The notes beneath the pieces were generated by a model that was given only the letters and a program-made list of their open reading frames with translations, did no database searches and had not been told where the DNA came from. A program made the translations under genes and the position numbers. A stretch of 64,000 bases of DNA from Phoronis australis (lineage: Eukaryota > Animalia > Phoronida): positions 1-64,000 of the forward strand of contig NMRA01000432.1 of the NCBI GenBank assembly GCA_002633005.1, read 5' to 3'. Shown piece by piece: positions 13,352 to 25,900 of the stretch (position 1 is the stretch's first letter; every line of letters starts with the position of its first letter).

Positions 13352-13660
13352 AGCACACCGGCAATAAGAGACTGGCGGTTACAGATTGTGCGATCTTGGT
13401 GTTGGAGGCTGTGCATATCAGCGATTGACCACTCAGAGACCTTTGAGCAACCAGAGAAAGAATTGTGAATCTCTGTTTTTCTTCTTCATAATCACTTATG
13501 ACTTTAACGTATTTTGGGTCTACGTTTGAACAGTTAATGGTAGCGCTGGGGAAATACTCGTCGGTTTTACACATGATTGAGTAAGTGCGTGACGGAAGTA
13601 AAGTAACTTCCTCAAAAGGTGCTCCATCCTCCGTCAAAAACGCCAGCTTTGTAGGTCCAT
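13352..13660 (-). CDS. Multi-Ig gene, Ig exon 10 (B' type)
   Basis: gcag|ATGGACCT to |GTGAGT; 309 nt. GPTKLAFLTEDG...YSIMCKTDEYFPSATINCSN...SGQSLICTASN. Confidence 0.9.
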
Positions 13661-14639
13661 CTGCAACACAGTTACTGCAATTATTTAATTCTTTGAAAAG
13701 CACTTAAAAAATCAGAGGTTCATGGGAGAGCTATTCATCAAAAAGGTCAAGGTAAACTTTAAATAAGATTCCTTTAGGTGGGAGAAATGCAGCGTAAGAC
13801 CAGTCGGTGTACATTAGTCCTGTGATTTAGTTGCCCAAATCATTTGATGACTAGTCGATTAACGACTTCTAAACGGACAAGAGAAAAATAAACAACGAAC
13901 AGGTAAGTGCTTTTAAGGCATCCTTAGCCAGATTTTAGGTGGTTATATGCATTTGGATGGCTTTACGTAACATCGACAGTGATCAGTGAAGTGGCCTTTT
14001 CTCGCCATATGGTGTCACCGCCAAAAACAAAGAACAAGTAACGGAATTAGCTACAGCAGTAGATCGTGAATAACTATTAAACGCAACACACTTCCAGCAA
14101 CACACGAAATATCCGAACGCAAGAGTATTTGAGACGTAGACCGGAAGAAAGGAAACATAAAGAGCACCGTTAATCCGCACTGCATTGAATAAAATTCAGA
14201 ATGGAGTATCAAGGATTCCTGGGTGTACGTAGAAAAATGAAAATGAAGTCAATAACCCAAAACGTTCATCACATTTCGCAGTTCATGGTTGTAGTGTGCT
14301 TAGAATGGTGTTCCCAACTTCGCAGCAATGATATGCACGTGTGTTACCGTTTAAGTCGGGCATTAAACCAAAAGTGTTTCCTTGACCATGCGCAGGATTT
14401 AGAAGACTTTTAACTACAAAAAACTGAGTGCCTTATAAGATCTGTGTTTGCCCTCGAACGCGATAGATATCATGTAATAACCAGTAACCACGACCTTTGC
14501 CAGAGACGGGACTGAGTGCTACATTCACGTTCTGTAACTGAACCGAAATGCCGGGATGGAAAACGTTATTGTTCTGATCCTGCCACTGTACATTTTAACA
14601 AGAAGACAACGTTTCAGGAATATTATGCGGATTACTTAC

Positions 14640-14951
14640 GCAAGCAAATTAATGTCAACGTTAGTTCCACCTTGTAGGCAGTGTTTACGCTATTCTCCCC
14701 AATGCAGCGGACGTTTCTATTTACTTTTTGTGGAGGCGATATTGTCACTGTTACGAAGTATATTGCCCCAGACGTCCCCTCAGACGTCTTCCCAGTGCTT
14801 CCAGTGAAAGACTCCCATTTCAAATTTACGCTTGGTTGCGCTAGATCTGTCCAACAAGTCAGATTGATATCCTTTGTCCCATCGACTTCCACGATACTGC
14901 CATCTTTGAATTCCCAGTTTCCGTAGGTGACAGTCAATTTGGTTGGGCCAA
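14640..14951 (-). CDS. Multi-Ig gene, Ig exon 9 (A' type)
   Basis: gcag|TTGGCCCA to |GTAAGT; 312 nt. GPTKLTVTYG...INLTCWTDLAQPSVNLKW...VRCIGEN. Confidence 0.9.
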
Positions 14952-15026
14952 CTGCAACAAATCGTGACAGACCTTTTCACTTGGTTTGTAAAGTATGCAA
15001 CATATCAAGTTTTAGAAGGCAGTGAA

Positions 15027-16160
15027 TGTTGTATAGTAGGCTTGTGTTTTCGAGTTGTATGCAGTGTCTCTCCTTCTCACATACCCAAGAAGGATTTTTT
15101 CTGTCGGTTCAGTTCCTTGCCAAGTTGTATCCAATAAAGTCTCCCAACTATATTAGAAATCTACAGGTCATGGGATCAAGATACTCCATCTGGTTATTCT
15201 GCACAATGAGTGACAGGTTGGACCCATGCAAAATAGGTCTATACGGGGTAGTAGAAGTTTTGTCAGCTTTATCGAAGATTAAAGCAGATTCGCTCATGTG
15301 TACTTGATTAACAAGAAAATTGATTATTTTCTGTTTTTCAAGAGTACAAAGCTATGGTAGAGAATCAAACTGGGTGTAGCAAAGGTACATTACTCAGTGA
15401 TGGCGGGGGCCAATATATGTCGAATGAGCTTCATGACTATCTGAAGTCTAATGGTATATTGCATCACACTATCTGAAGTCTAATGGTATATTGCATCACA
15501 CTATCTGAAGTCTAATGGTATACTGCATCACACTATCTGAAGTCTAATGGTATATTGCATCAAGTAACAGTTCACTTTTCATCACAAAAGAATGGCAAAT
15601 CTGAACGCTACAATAGAACTATATTTGAGTCAGCTAGGGCCATGATCATAGATGAACTACGACGTTCTGATCGTACACGCCAACAGCCTGTTAGGTATGG
15701 TTTTGATGAATGCTGTAACAGGTTTTACATGCCACTGATGTAGTCGAACCCTTGACCTACTCTGAAGCCCTGTCAAACCCTCTGTCTACACAGTGGTTCC
15801 GTGCTGCCCAAGAAGTGTATCAACCTCTTATTCAAAACGAAACATGGGAATTGGTTCAATTACCAGCTGGCCGAAAACCAGTGAGTTGTAAGTGGGAATG
15901 AGTAGGGACATAGTACAGTGCTTGTTAGTATGATAGGCTTTACGTTTTGTATTTAAAACACTGCATCTAAGTTGGAGTGTGGTATTGTAGTTTTGTGCTT
16001 TTGAGTTGTATCCCCAGCTGTATGCAGTTGTCTCCTCTGCTCACATGTTACTGGTTTATTACCCAAGATGCATTTGTTGTTTCCGTCAGTTCTATTCATT
16101 GCCACGTTATATTCAATAACGTCTCTGAACTCGAGCTCTAAATTACATCAGAAATCTACA
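15027..16160 (+). mobile_element. Internally deleted Ty1/Copia LTR retrotransposon
   Basis: Diverged LTRs at 15027-15165 and 15923-16160 (TG...CA, both ending agaaatctaca), 5-bp TSD GTGAA, and PBS-like GGTCATGGG. Integrase core SDGGGQY...QKNGKSERYNRTIFESARAM, and RT start EPLTYSEAL...NETWELVQLPAGRKPVSCKW. Confidence 0.88.
15436..15562 (+). repeat. 32-bp tandem repeat, about 4 copies, inside the Copia integrase
   Basis: Unit ACTATCTGAAGTCTAATGGTATATTGCATCAC; the copies are nearly identical. Confidence 0.95.
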
Positions 16161-16479
16161 GTGAAGACAATAATGAAGAATATGAACAGGACACTGGTGA
16201 ATCATTTGGGAATGGATGGCGAGAAAATGCAGTTAATAATTGTAATTAAGATACATGTTGTGGGCTTCTGTTGTACTTAAAGTAAAGCTTTGGATTGGAT
16301 AGTTTTAAGAGTCACTGCATGAGAACGTCAGGCAATTTGCAATATTATGGGAACATGACATGTCACGAATTTTAAATTTGATATTGTATATATATCACTT
16401 GGGCTAAATTAGTCACAAAAATATTAAAATTATTTTTTTCTTTCGCTACTTTGTAAATATATAACGAATAACTAAATCG

Positions 16480-19400
16480 GGTGAAAAATGGCCTAACCCC
16501 TTTTGCGCGACTGTTGAAAATGCCCTATGTTTAAACCACTTTGCGGGAGTTTAAAAAATAAAAATTTGATTGAGTTATACAAAACTATCCTTTTTGTAAT
16601 TGAGAATGGCAAAAATATTTCAGAATGACGTATTTTGATATTTTTAAGGAACCTTTGAATGCCTTGCCTCCACGGGCCAAAAACAGCTACCAATTTAGAC
16701 CTATATAGAGGCCTATGTAATTCAAGCGCGCAAGAACGCACACTACCCACACATGGGTTCTGTGATAGCTACAGCTCTCGTCTTTGACAAGATATCGTTA
16801 TTTCCGTGGACAGCACCTTCTTTAATTCTTGAATTTACACTTTAGCGAAGGCACTTTCACCACTTTCACTTGTTTCATACTGCCACCAATAGAGGGCGGC
16901 AAAGCAGAAAATGTGAAAAATATGATCTAAATTGGAAGTAAATCGTAATAAAAAATCATATTTAATTTTATTCAAGATAACCAGAATTGCTTCGAACGTT
17001 TTTTAGCTAAATATTGCGTTATTGACATTTACATGTAGCTAAGAAAAGGAATGAGGTTCACGAAAATAGGTCACGCTCTGAAGGAAAATGGCAAAGCCAG
17101 CGAGCCGCTGTGTTAATTACAACAAATATTTTGTCAAATACCTGAAAAGTGTCAAAGCACTAGATCACTTGGAAGAATGGGAGTTGATTGGCAATCTGGC
17201 ACGAATGGGAGTGTGAGAGGCAAAGGAACTGGCCAGCCTGTTAGAACAAAAGATTATATGTCCAAAGCACCTTAAGCAGTATCCAGGTTGTAAGCCAAGT
17301 TGTACATGTACGTTTGCAGCCTCGGGAATGCAAAGGGTGTTCACCACTCAATCCCAGGACTACGTCAACTTAATAACTACTCATTTGAAGGTGAGCTACG
17401 TAACAATTCATAGCATGGGCTGTATTCAATTACATAGACTATTTTTTCTCAGAAATCTCGCCGTGATTAGTCATACCATCTGAGAACTAGTTTCAGGTGT
17501 GTACGCAGTCTGAAAGACAAGTTAAATATTCGATGGAATGGAATACTCCTTCATAGCTTGATTTTTAAAAAGGACTTGTGTTCCAATGCTTGCAACTAAG
17601 TTACCTATTTCAACAAGAAAAATGGCTGCTTGGAAAGCATATGGGATCGGAGATGGGGCGGTTTTGGAGAATCCTGCTTCTGGTTGCAAACCAGTGGAAC
17701 TGGTGGTTGAGGAATGTCATGTTGCATCCTCATTGAGACCTTTCACTAGTTTCAGCAATCGGAAGACGAAGATATTGCTGTGTCCAAAAGATCGATGGCT
17801 GTAACAACACTTTTGCCTTTCGAAACGAACTCAAGCAGCAAGTTAGCATGGACTGGCATGATAAACAGCCAACAGTACTTGAAGATCATCGCTGATGTGG
17901 GGAGAAAGTGGGCTGCCAAAGTCACTGGTATAGAAGGTGAAGTTCATGATCTAAACGCATGCTCGTTGAACTCAATTTGGCATCACAAATCCATAAGTTT
18001 AACGTATAACCTTTGCTGTGCATTTTAGTCACTGACTGTTCCTAGTTGACATAATAGTCAACATGGAAATACGCTGTGTGATGTTCTATATTACAACCCA
18101 ACAGAAAGTGAAGCTGTTGTGGAGCATGCTACTCAACAGCCTATGCAGCCATGGCTTGGATGTTCCCACAAATTTAGGATGGATTTTTTTGACGTGGATT
18201 ATTGTATCAATCAGACCACTCAAACAGCACAATTCTCTCACTTATGACCACAACATTTGGATTTTGTAAGCTCATTTTGTGAATTCACAAAACATGGCTA
18301 CTAATCAAAAAGCATGGCTCCTGGTGTTGCATCCAGCTTTGTTACCTTTAAACAGTCCTCCCACACTCTTCCCTGAGTCATGCACATGACTCTTAGTCAC
18401 GTGAGTTTTTGAACTGATTATTGGCTGCAAAAGCTGTGTTTGATTTGTGTGAACTTACAGCAATCAGCTTACGATTAGGTGTGTGAGTGGTGTTTACGAG
18501 TGTTTGACAATTGTTGTTCTGGTAACTTGCCAATGGACTAGATAACATATACTATCTTATTGAGTTTTACATTTGCAGGTGTAAAAATGCTGGCAGCTAG
18601 TAGCCAAACATCAGGAGAGTCATACAGGACAATGGTGTGGGCTCTGAAGTCAGCATAAAGGTCTGAAATAATGACTGAAAGCGTAAAGATGTTTTTGACG
18701 GATGCTTTCAACGAAGGCATGAAAACTGGTGAAAAAAGCGATCCAGTGAGGTGTTCTCAACAAACGAGAACTGCAGGACACAATCATAGAACAGCTGTTT
18801 GAATATCTTGAGCAGTATCCATGTAGATCGTAATCATCAGTGTTACTGTATTCTTGTTGTGCACCTTATGGTGTGTCTATTACTATGAAGTAGTGTTACT
18901 AGTTAGTTTGGTTCCATGATATTTTCTGTGAATTTTTTCGCACAACAAGAGTGTTCCTTTAACTGTCATTTCCGGGTTATTTGTATGCATCAATATGCAG
19001 TACAAGCCAAACGTATCCTGACAAAATGACCCGGAATTCCTTGCCATGAAAGTTGGGGCAAAAGTAGAATTCGTGGTCTAAGTGGTCTTCCTTTGTGACT
19101 GAAAATGAACGGAAACAGGAAAGTTAGTATGGTGGCTAAGACATTCTGTAATTAGCTTTGGTAATAGCTACTACCAGTCATTTTTGCATTAACAGGCCTA
19201 GCCATCAAGTGGGGCAAAGATTTATATTGTCTGATTACTTTTGCCTTGTTTTGTATGACAGTTTGCAAGCATGTGTATGTAGACCCATTATGCTGTCATC
19301 CCCGTCTTTTTGTCTGGCATCTGTTGCTTCATCTCCAAATCCTTAGTGAATATGAAACTTTACAAATGGGATGACACAAGACAGTTTTGGGATGTATTTG

Positions 19401-19600
19401 ACTACCACTGGGCCCCTAGTGGCAACTTTACTTCTTTATCAAGCAAGCTCCTTGACTGATCTTCATCAAATTTCGCAAATAAGTTTCATTTATGGAGACA
19501 GCCACATTTTCCTACTTCCTGGCGTACCTATGTATTCTGTACAGAAATAATTATTGCCATTGAGATGAGCACGACTGACACTGATTGTTGATTGGACGAT
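16480..19600 (+). mobile_element. Degraded DNA transposon remnant (Sola-like, tentative)
   Basis: Scattered coding remnants WKAYGIGDG, LCP and FLTDAFNEGMKTGEKSDP..SQQ.RTA. The superfamily and boundaries are uncertain. Confidence 0.4.
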
Positions 19601-19622
19601 CTCCAATGGTGCCCTTTAATGG

Positions 19623-19778
19623 CAGTGCTATAGGGGTAAAATTAAAGGTAAGTAGGCGCCCAAAGCCCACCGTATCACCTTGAGCACTGAACGTAACATG
19701 TGGTGCCCAGGCGCTACGTTCAAATGCCAAAAGGTGGTTGATTGCGCCTACCTGTGCCTACGCGCCACTACAGCACTG
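19623..19778. mobile_element. hAT-type MITE
   Basis: TIR CAGTGCT(A/G)TAG with an 8-bp TSD, tttaatgg/cttaatgg. Confidence 0.75.
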
Positions 19779-21003
19779 CTTAATGGCAATTTAGGTTTTC
19801 TTTATGTGTGCCTCTATATCTACCAAGTTTCTTGATGTATTTTCGTGCAATATGGTATATTTGCTTCGGTTGAGGAAACGAGAACAAACTACTATTTTGG
19901 CTGGATTTAAAATATTCTGTTCCACTAAATAATATTATTTCTGGTAGCAGCCTCTCTGTCCTTGAAATTGCTTGGAGGATAGTTCTGAAATTTTGATCAT
20001 GTGTTCCTATTGAGAAGATCACGACTGACAGGTTTTCTGATGGGTCCAATCACTGAGGCGCCCGGAGTAGCAATTTGTTTGTTTATCTGTTCCGCAATAT
20101 TTACAAAGTTGTGTTGATGAATTTAGGTGCAATATTATGTATGTGCCCGGCATAAATTTTATGACGTCTGAGTGCTGTGGTGTCCTCTAGCGGTTCTGTA
20201 TTAACCAAGTATTTTGATGTATGGAATTTGGCATGGATGTGACAGCGATTGTCTTGTTTCAGATGAATATAATGTATGCTGCACCACCTAGAGGTTTTTT
20301 ATTTTATATATTACATATTATCAACATCCCTGGAAGCATACTGCCAGAGATGCAATCTTCAGCACTTTCCTGTTTTTGTATGATGCTGACAAAAATTGCA
20401 GTGTGATGTAGACTATGATTTCATTTTTACTTCTTTTGATCAAAGATCTCGATACCCAAAACTTAACGTTCACAACCAGCTTTAACACCCACACTTGTAT
20501 AATACACATATGCACTATAATCAATTTACAGGTGGGAAACTAAAGTGTCCTACCCATAATTCGATGTAAACCATGACCAAAGGCTGCGTTGTGTAAATTT
20601 ACTGGGTAATAAATACTGCACTGATGTGTTTTTCCATGTGTTGCAAGTCAGAGTTTCCATGAGTATTAGATAATCGAGATAACAACACGCACGTGTTCTC
20701 AGCTCTGACTCTTTTCTTGAAAAAAAAACTTTTCTTGAAGGTGTGTGAAGATTTCTTGATACCTGAATGTGGAACAAGTTGTGGAGAAAAGGCTGGAGTG
20801 CATATCATCTGAATTGATTCAGTAGATAAGGTAGGACTTGGTGGTGAAGAACAAACTCTTTTTCAGTCTTGATTTGACCAAGAAGTGTCACATTCAAATC
20901 CCCTGACAGGTGATTATATAACACCAATGAAAGTCTAAAGAGAAACCCTCAGGAAAGCTACTGGTGGACAAATAATAGTCTAACAATAAGTCATCACTCA
21001 GCC

Positions 21004-21612
21004 ATGGCAACGGGCACGGTTACCAACTTTGATGAACGCATGGAACAACTAGAGAGAAAACTCAACACTTCAATACGACAGGCAATTAAAGAGGAGCTCC
21101 AATATTTTAAACAAGACATTGTTGCTTTACAACAAGAAAATACGATGTTGAGAGAAAAGATCAATTCACTGGAGCAGTATTCGCGTTCGACTTCAGTTCG
21201 GGTATATGGGATAGAGGAGAATGATGACGAAAACTGTGAACAGCTGGTGTTGGAATTTTGCAAGAATATCTTGGAAATTGATGTTATTGACAAAGATATA
21301 GACAAAGTGCACCGAGTCGGAAAGAAGGATAGTAGAAGAACAACCAGACATTCATCGGCCTTGATTAAACCGCGCCCAATCATCGTCAAATTTATGTCGT
21401 ATAAAACCAAGTCGAATGTGCTACACAAGAAGAGGAAAACCAAAGACACCGGAACATTCATTTTGGAAGATCTTACTGCGACAAACTATTCCTTGTTGAA
21501 ACAATCCTTCAAGCATGAACAAGTGGACAGTTCGTGGAGCACCAATGGCAAAATATTTGTGAAGCTAAAGAGCGGCGCCATCAAGAGAATTAATTCCTTA
21601 GACGACATATAA
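21004..21612 (+). CDS. LINE ORF1 (coiled coil, RRM, CTD)
   Basis: Intact 202-aa ORF with LEQYSR..VRVYGIEE, HRVG, PRPIIVKF, FILEDLT and WSTNGKIFVK motifs typical of L1-type ORF1p. Confidence 0.85.
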   Translation: MATGTVTNFDERMEQLERKLNTSIRQAIKEELQYFKQDIVALQQENTMLREKINSLEQYSRSTSVRVYGIEENDDENCEQLVLEFCKNILEIDVIDKDIDKVHRVGKKDSRRTTRHSSALIKPRPIIVKFMSYKTKSNVLHKKRKTKDTGTFILEDLTATNYSLLKQSFKHEQVDSSWSTNGKIFVKLKSGAIKRINSLDDI

Positions 21613-21868
21613 GCAGTATTACGCCCCGCGACATTGTTGTGTGACAAATGAATCGAACCCAGGAAAGCTTTCCGGAGATTGATTGACGATCATATGGAAC
21701 TGAACTTTTTTGTTTCTTTGTTGTTTGTTTCCCCCCTTCCCCCGGTTGTGAATGGTAAGTGTGTGAATGAGATAGGTAATCGTTATTATTTGGGAGTGAT
21801 ATCACTTGATGCATATTTTGTATTAGTTCTCTTGAGGGTAGGCATTGAGGTTCTCTATTGTTTTGAAG

Positions 21869-24520
21869 ATGAATAATTTAAAACTGGTATCCTTAAATGT
21901 CCGGGGATTAAATTCAGATATTAAGTGGAAACATTTATTGAATTTCATATCACATAGCAAATTCAACATTGTTTATTTACAGGAAACGTATTTTAGTCCA
22001 AAAGTTGAACATATTCTGCAAAAAGAATGGAATGGTCTTAATTTTTCAAGCTTTGGAACAAAACATAGTAGAGGAACCACAATATTATTTGATTCTAATA
22101 TTTCGCAAAACATTAGGAATATTGTGGTAAAAAAAGATGAAAATGGTCGCTTCAATATTGTTTCATGTAAACTCTATGAGGAAGATTTCGTTTTTGTTAA
22201 TGTGTATTTCCCAAACGATTTAAGAAATCAACTGATCTTCCTGTCTAGACTTGAAAGTGAATTGAGTGACCTCCAATTATGTAATGTCCTCTGTGCTGGA
22301 GATTTTAACTGCCCACTCACTGACTTGGACAAACTTGGGGTAACTGACGTCCTCCATAAGAAAAAGCTTATTGACAATATTCATAATTTCTGTAGAAATT
22401 TTAGTTTAATAGATGTATGGAGGATGAGAAACCCTGGGATAAGGAAGTACTCGTGGAGAGATAAACAATTAAAAGCTCAAAGTAGACTAGACTATTGGCT
22501 AGTTGACACTGTTATGTCTTCAAGGTGTCAGTCTAATATAATTAATGATTTCACATATTCCGATCACTCAGCTGTCACGCTCAGTGTTAATATTGGTAAC
22601 TCTCATCGAGGACCGGGTTTGTGGAAATTGAATAATAACTTGCTTCGTATAAAGGAATACGTGGATGAGATCGGAACAAATATTTCTGATCATCACATGA
22701 CGGAGAACCAAGAAGATAAAAACTTGTCTTGGGATATTTTGAAAATAAAAATTAGACAGAAGTCCATACACATTTCAAAACGCGTACGTGCTAGAAATAG
22801 ACAACAGGAACAGTTATTAATAGATCAAATAAATAAATTTACTACACAACTCGAAAAAGAATCAAGAAATCACCCGTTGCAGTGTGAATTAAAGAAATGT
22901 AAATTAAACCTAGAAATTTTACAAACTCAAGTAATAAAAGGTAGTATTGTTAGAAGTAAAGCTCAGTGGGTGGAAGAAGGTGAAACAAACTCTAAATATT
23001 TTTTAAATCTTGAAAAACGTAACCATGGTAAAAACATATTATAGAACTGGAGTCAAATGGCAGGGTTTGCCAAGATCCAAACGAGATACAAAACATTCAA
23101 CGAGCTTTTTATGAGGCTCTTTATTCTGAAAAAGACTATGAAGATATTAATTTCCCTGACATATTCACTCTTCCTAGTAGTAAAGTACTGACAGATGACC
23201 AGTCCTTATTATTAGAACAAGAGATCACAGAAGATGAACTCTATGAAGCCTTAAAACAATCCCAAAATAATAAAACACCAGGGAATGACGGTTTAGGATA
23301 GGAATTTTATAAAACATTTTGGGATACTATTAAACTGTACCTTTTGGAATGTATAAATTATAGTTTTAAAACAGGAAAATTTTCAACCTCCCAAAGGCAA
23401 AGTGTCATTACACTTATCCCCAAAAGTACAAATACAGAGGAATTAAAAAATCTGGAAAATTGGCGACCAATTTCGTTATTAAATTGCGATTACAAATTAT
23501 TTACAAAGGTTATTGCCAATCGACTAAATAAGTACATTCATAAGCTTATTCATCCAGACCAAACGGCTGTTTCAAAACGATTTATTGGTCAAAATATTAG
23601 ATTAATACAGGACATAATATCGTATTATACAAATAAAAATCTCAATGGACAAATTATATTCTTAGATTTTAAGAAAGCGTATGACAGTTTAAATTGGTCC
23701 TTTCTTCAGAAAACCCTTCGGGCCTTTCAATTTGGTCCCAAATTTATTCACCGTATAAAAACAATATATAACGATATTGTGTCTTGTGTTCAAAACAACG
23801 GATTTACATGTGGTTATTTTAATGTTAAGAGAGGTCTTCGTCAAGGGGATCCCTTAAGTAGTCAATTGTTTATACTGTGTGTGGAGCTCATGAGCCATTA
23901 CATTAGAAATAACCCCTTAATCAAAGGATTGTGTATTGATGGGCATGAAGTAAAAATAGCCCAGTATGCTGATGATACAATTTTNAAAATTGTTGCAGCA
24001 TTACTCCAAACAAGATATCCGAAAAATTTATTCCTTGCCTTTTACACTTCCCCTCGAACCATGCATTAAATCTTTTAAGTATATGTTGTTACATAACAGA
24101 GTGTATACTAACTCTTTGTTATATAAGATGAAGATTGTTAATTCAGATAAATGTCCCTATTGTAATCTAGTACAGAATACTGAACACATGTTTTTCCTTT
24201 GTGATGTAGTACAAAGATTGTCGATTAATGTTCAGGATATTTTGACATCTTCCTTTAAGGAAGAAGTCAGAATAACCAAAAATGAAATCATGTTTTGCCA
24301 TTTAGGTTCTGAATTCTCCCTGTTGATTAATTATGTTATCACTATCGCCCAATATTTTATTTATTTACGTAGCCAACAGCACTTGCATCCAGATTGGTCT
24401 GCCCTTAAAATATTCATGTCAAAATGTATTAAAATTTCAATAGTTAATTTTCAAAAACAAAAAGAACCGGACAATATTAATATTAAAATGTGGGAGAGCC
24501 TCAGTGCTGCCATGCAATGA
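21869..24520 (+). pseudogene. LINE ORF2 (APE endonuclease, reverse transcriptase, C-terminal Zn finger), disrupted
   Basis: Motifs SLNVRGL, LQET, GDFN, SRLDY, SDHS, KTPGNDG, WRPISLLNCDYK, LDFKKAYD, RGLRQGDPLS, YADD and CPYC..EHMFFLC. Frameshift near 23035, in-frame TAG at 23299-23301, and sequence missing after YADD at the single N (23985). Confidence 0.92.
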
Positions 24521-25573
24521 ATCTGTAATATCTGTAATATACTTAACTCATATATTGTTTAGTAGTATTATCATTAAATGATGAAGTGTGTGAATGAGTG
24601 TGCGAGTGTGTGAGTGAAAGTCCTTGCCCTTTTCCTTGTTCACCCTTTCACCCTTTGAAAATTATCAATGTATATTATTGAAGAATAAAATTATGAAAAA
24701 AATTAGATAATAAAACACTTAAGTTCCCTGATACCTAAAGTAAAATAATTTGACATTTTCGTAGTATGTCTGTATTTCAAATTCATAGCACCACTGCAAT
24801 TGTCCCTTTTAAAATTCTGTATCTGCTAGTGGTTTACATCTGATGCCCAGATTAACGAATGACATTGCTAGCCCTTTGTAGTATGTACATCTCGAATTCA
24901 TATTGTGTTAGGGATGTTATATAATCGCGGTTGGAATCTTCTGGTATATTCTCATCTGAACCTGCAATGCTTCGTCGAATCTACGTTGCAATCGTCATCA
25001 CTAAAATGGAAGTCCCGGTGATAATTGTAAATACAACTGGCTGAAACGTTGCTTCAAGAACAGTTGAGTGGAGGTTGGCGAAAACACTCCAATAGAAATA
25101 GCAATAGGATTTCTCTCAGGCCCACTATGTTTCACCCTTACATCAGAGCACCATCAGGCAAACGATGAAACGAGTGTTAAAGAATTGACAGCAAAACGTC
25201 AGGCAACGCGGTTGTAAGAACACTGAACTGATGTTTTGGTTCAGTTCCACTTGAGCGTTGAGTTCCTTAAAAGCAGTGACTCATTGACGTACAGCTTTTA
25301 CTTGTCGGATTATGTTGAAACTATAGTGCCTTGGTGACTGTGTTGAGAATAGTGCCTTTTCACATGACTGCTATCAGAGGCCAAGTGTTCGTTGGCGCGA
25401 TCAGCAAGCCTACAGTACTTCTAGTTGAGAAGGTTTACTTATTTCATTCATCAATATAATGTCTTACATGTATAGGACATTATTTTGATGAAAAGTGATT
25501 TATTGAGACTAATATTTGAGGCTAAGCTAAGATTTAGTATCAATCCAAACCAATAAACTAGTGGCGTACTTAC

Positions 25574-25900
25574 ATACTCGGCGTTCAATCTGAATCGTCA
25601 GTGTCACCGATTCTTTGAAATCCTTATGCTTAACATTGTAAGCGGTACATAAAATGACACTTAGAGATGTCGAAGCGGTGAAAACCAGCTCCAAACTGCA
25701 AATTTTCCCGCCGTTCAATGCTTGCTTTTCGCTTCGGTGCTGCGTCCCTTCAATGCCAATCCGCCACTTAATATCAACGTCCGGATATACGGGATCAGTG
25801 GTACAGGTCAAAGTGTAAGTTTTTCCCTCCACAAGTGTTAACGTATCTCCTGTTTTGTGCTTCGACGAGCCTGCAACAACGTTGAGCTTCGTTGGGCCAA
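25574..25900 (-). CDS. Multi-Ig gene, Ig exon 8 (C type)
   Basis: tttcag|TTGGCCCA to |GTAAGT; 327 nt. GPTKLNVVAG...YTLTCTTDPVYPDVDIKW...ILCTAYN. Paralog of 10669-10995. Confidence 0.9.

Larger units (their letters stand above)
20940..24702 (+). mobile_element. L1/Tx1-clade LINE retrotransposon, intronic and antisense to the Ig gene
   Basis: ORF1 followed by an APE-RT-zinc finger ORF2, AATAAA at 24684-24689 and a short A-tail to about 24702. The 5' boundary is approximate. Confidence 0.9.

Noticed and set aside
15436-15562. CRISPR-like appearance of the 32-bp repeats (also the 44-bp repeats at 54454-54615)
   Set aside because: The repeats are head-to-tail with no unique spacers, there are no cas genes, and the context is eukaryotic.
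19780-20935. Possible CR1-type remnant (SGNH-like VVIFSIGTHD and APE-like IGVI/GDLN on the minus strand)
   Set aside because: The motifs are too short and lie in the wrong order for a single minus-strand element.
20994-21461. 155-aa minus-strand ORF
   Set aside because: It is the antisense shadow of LINE ORF1. The plus-strand ORFs overlapping the Ig exons are shadows in the same way.
23980-23990. Apparent large deletion in LINE ORF2 after YADD
   Set aside because: It coincides exactly with a single N, so it is probably a contig join rather than a biological deletion.
24980-25070. Short hydrophobic minus-strand peptide (VVFTIITGTSILVMTIAT) as an alternative TM exon
   Set aside because: It ends immediately in a stop, is only weakly hydrophobic, and has no convincing in-phase acceptor.
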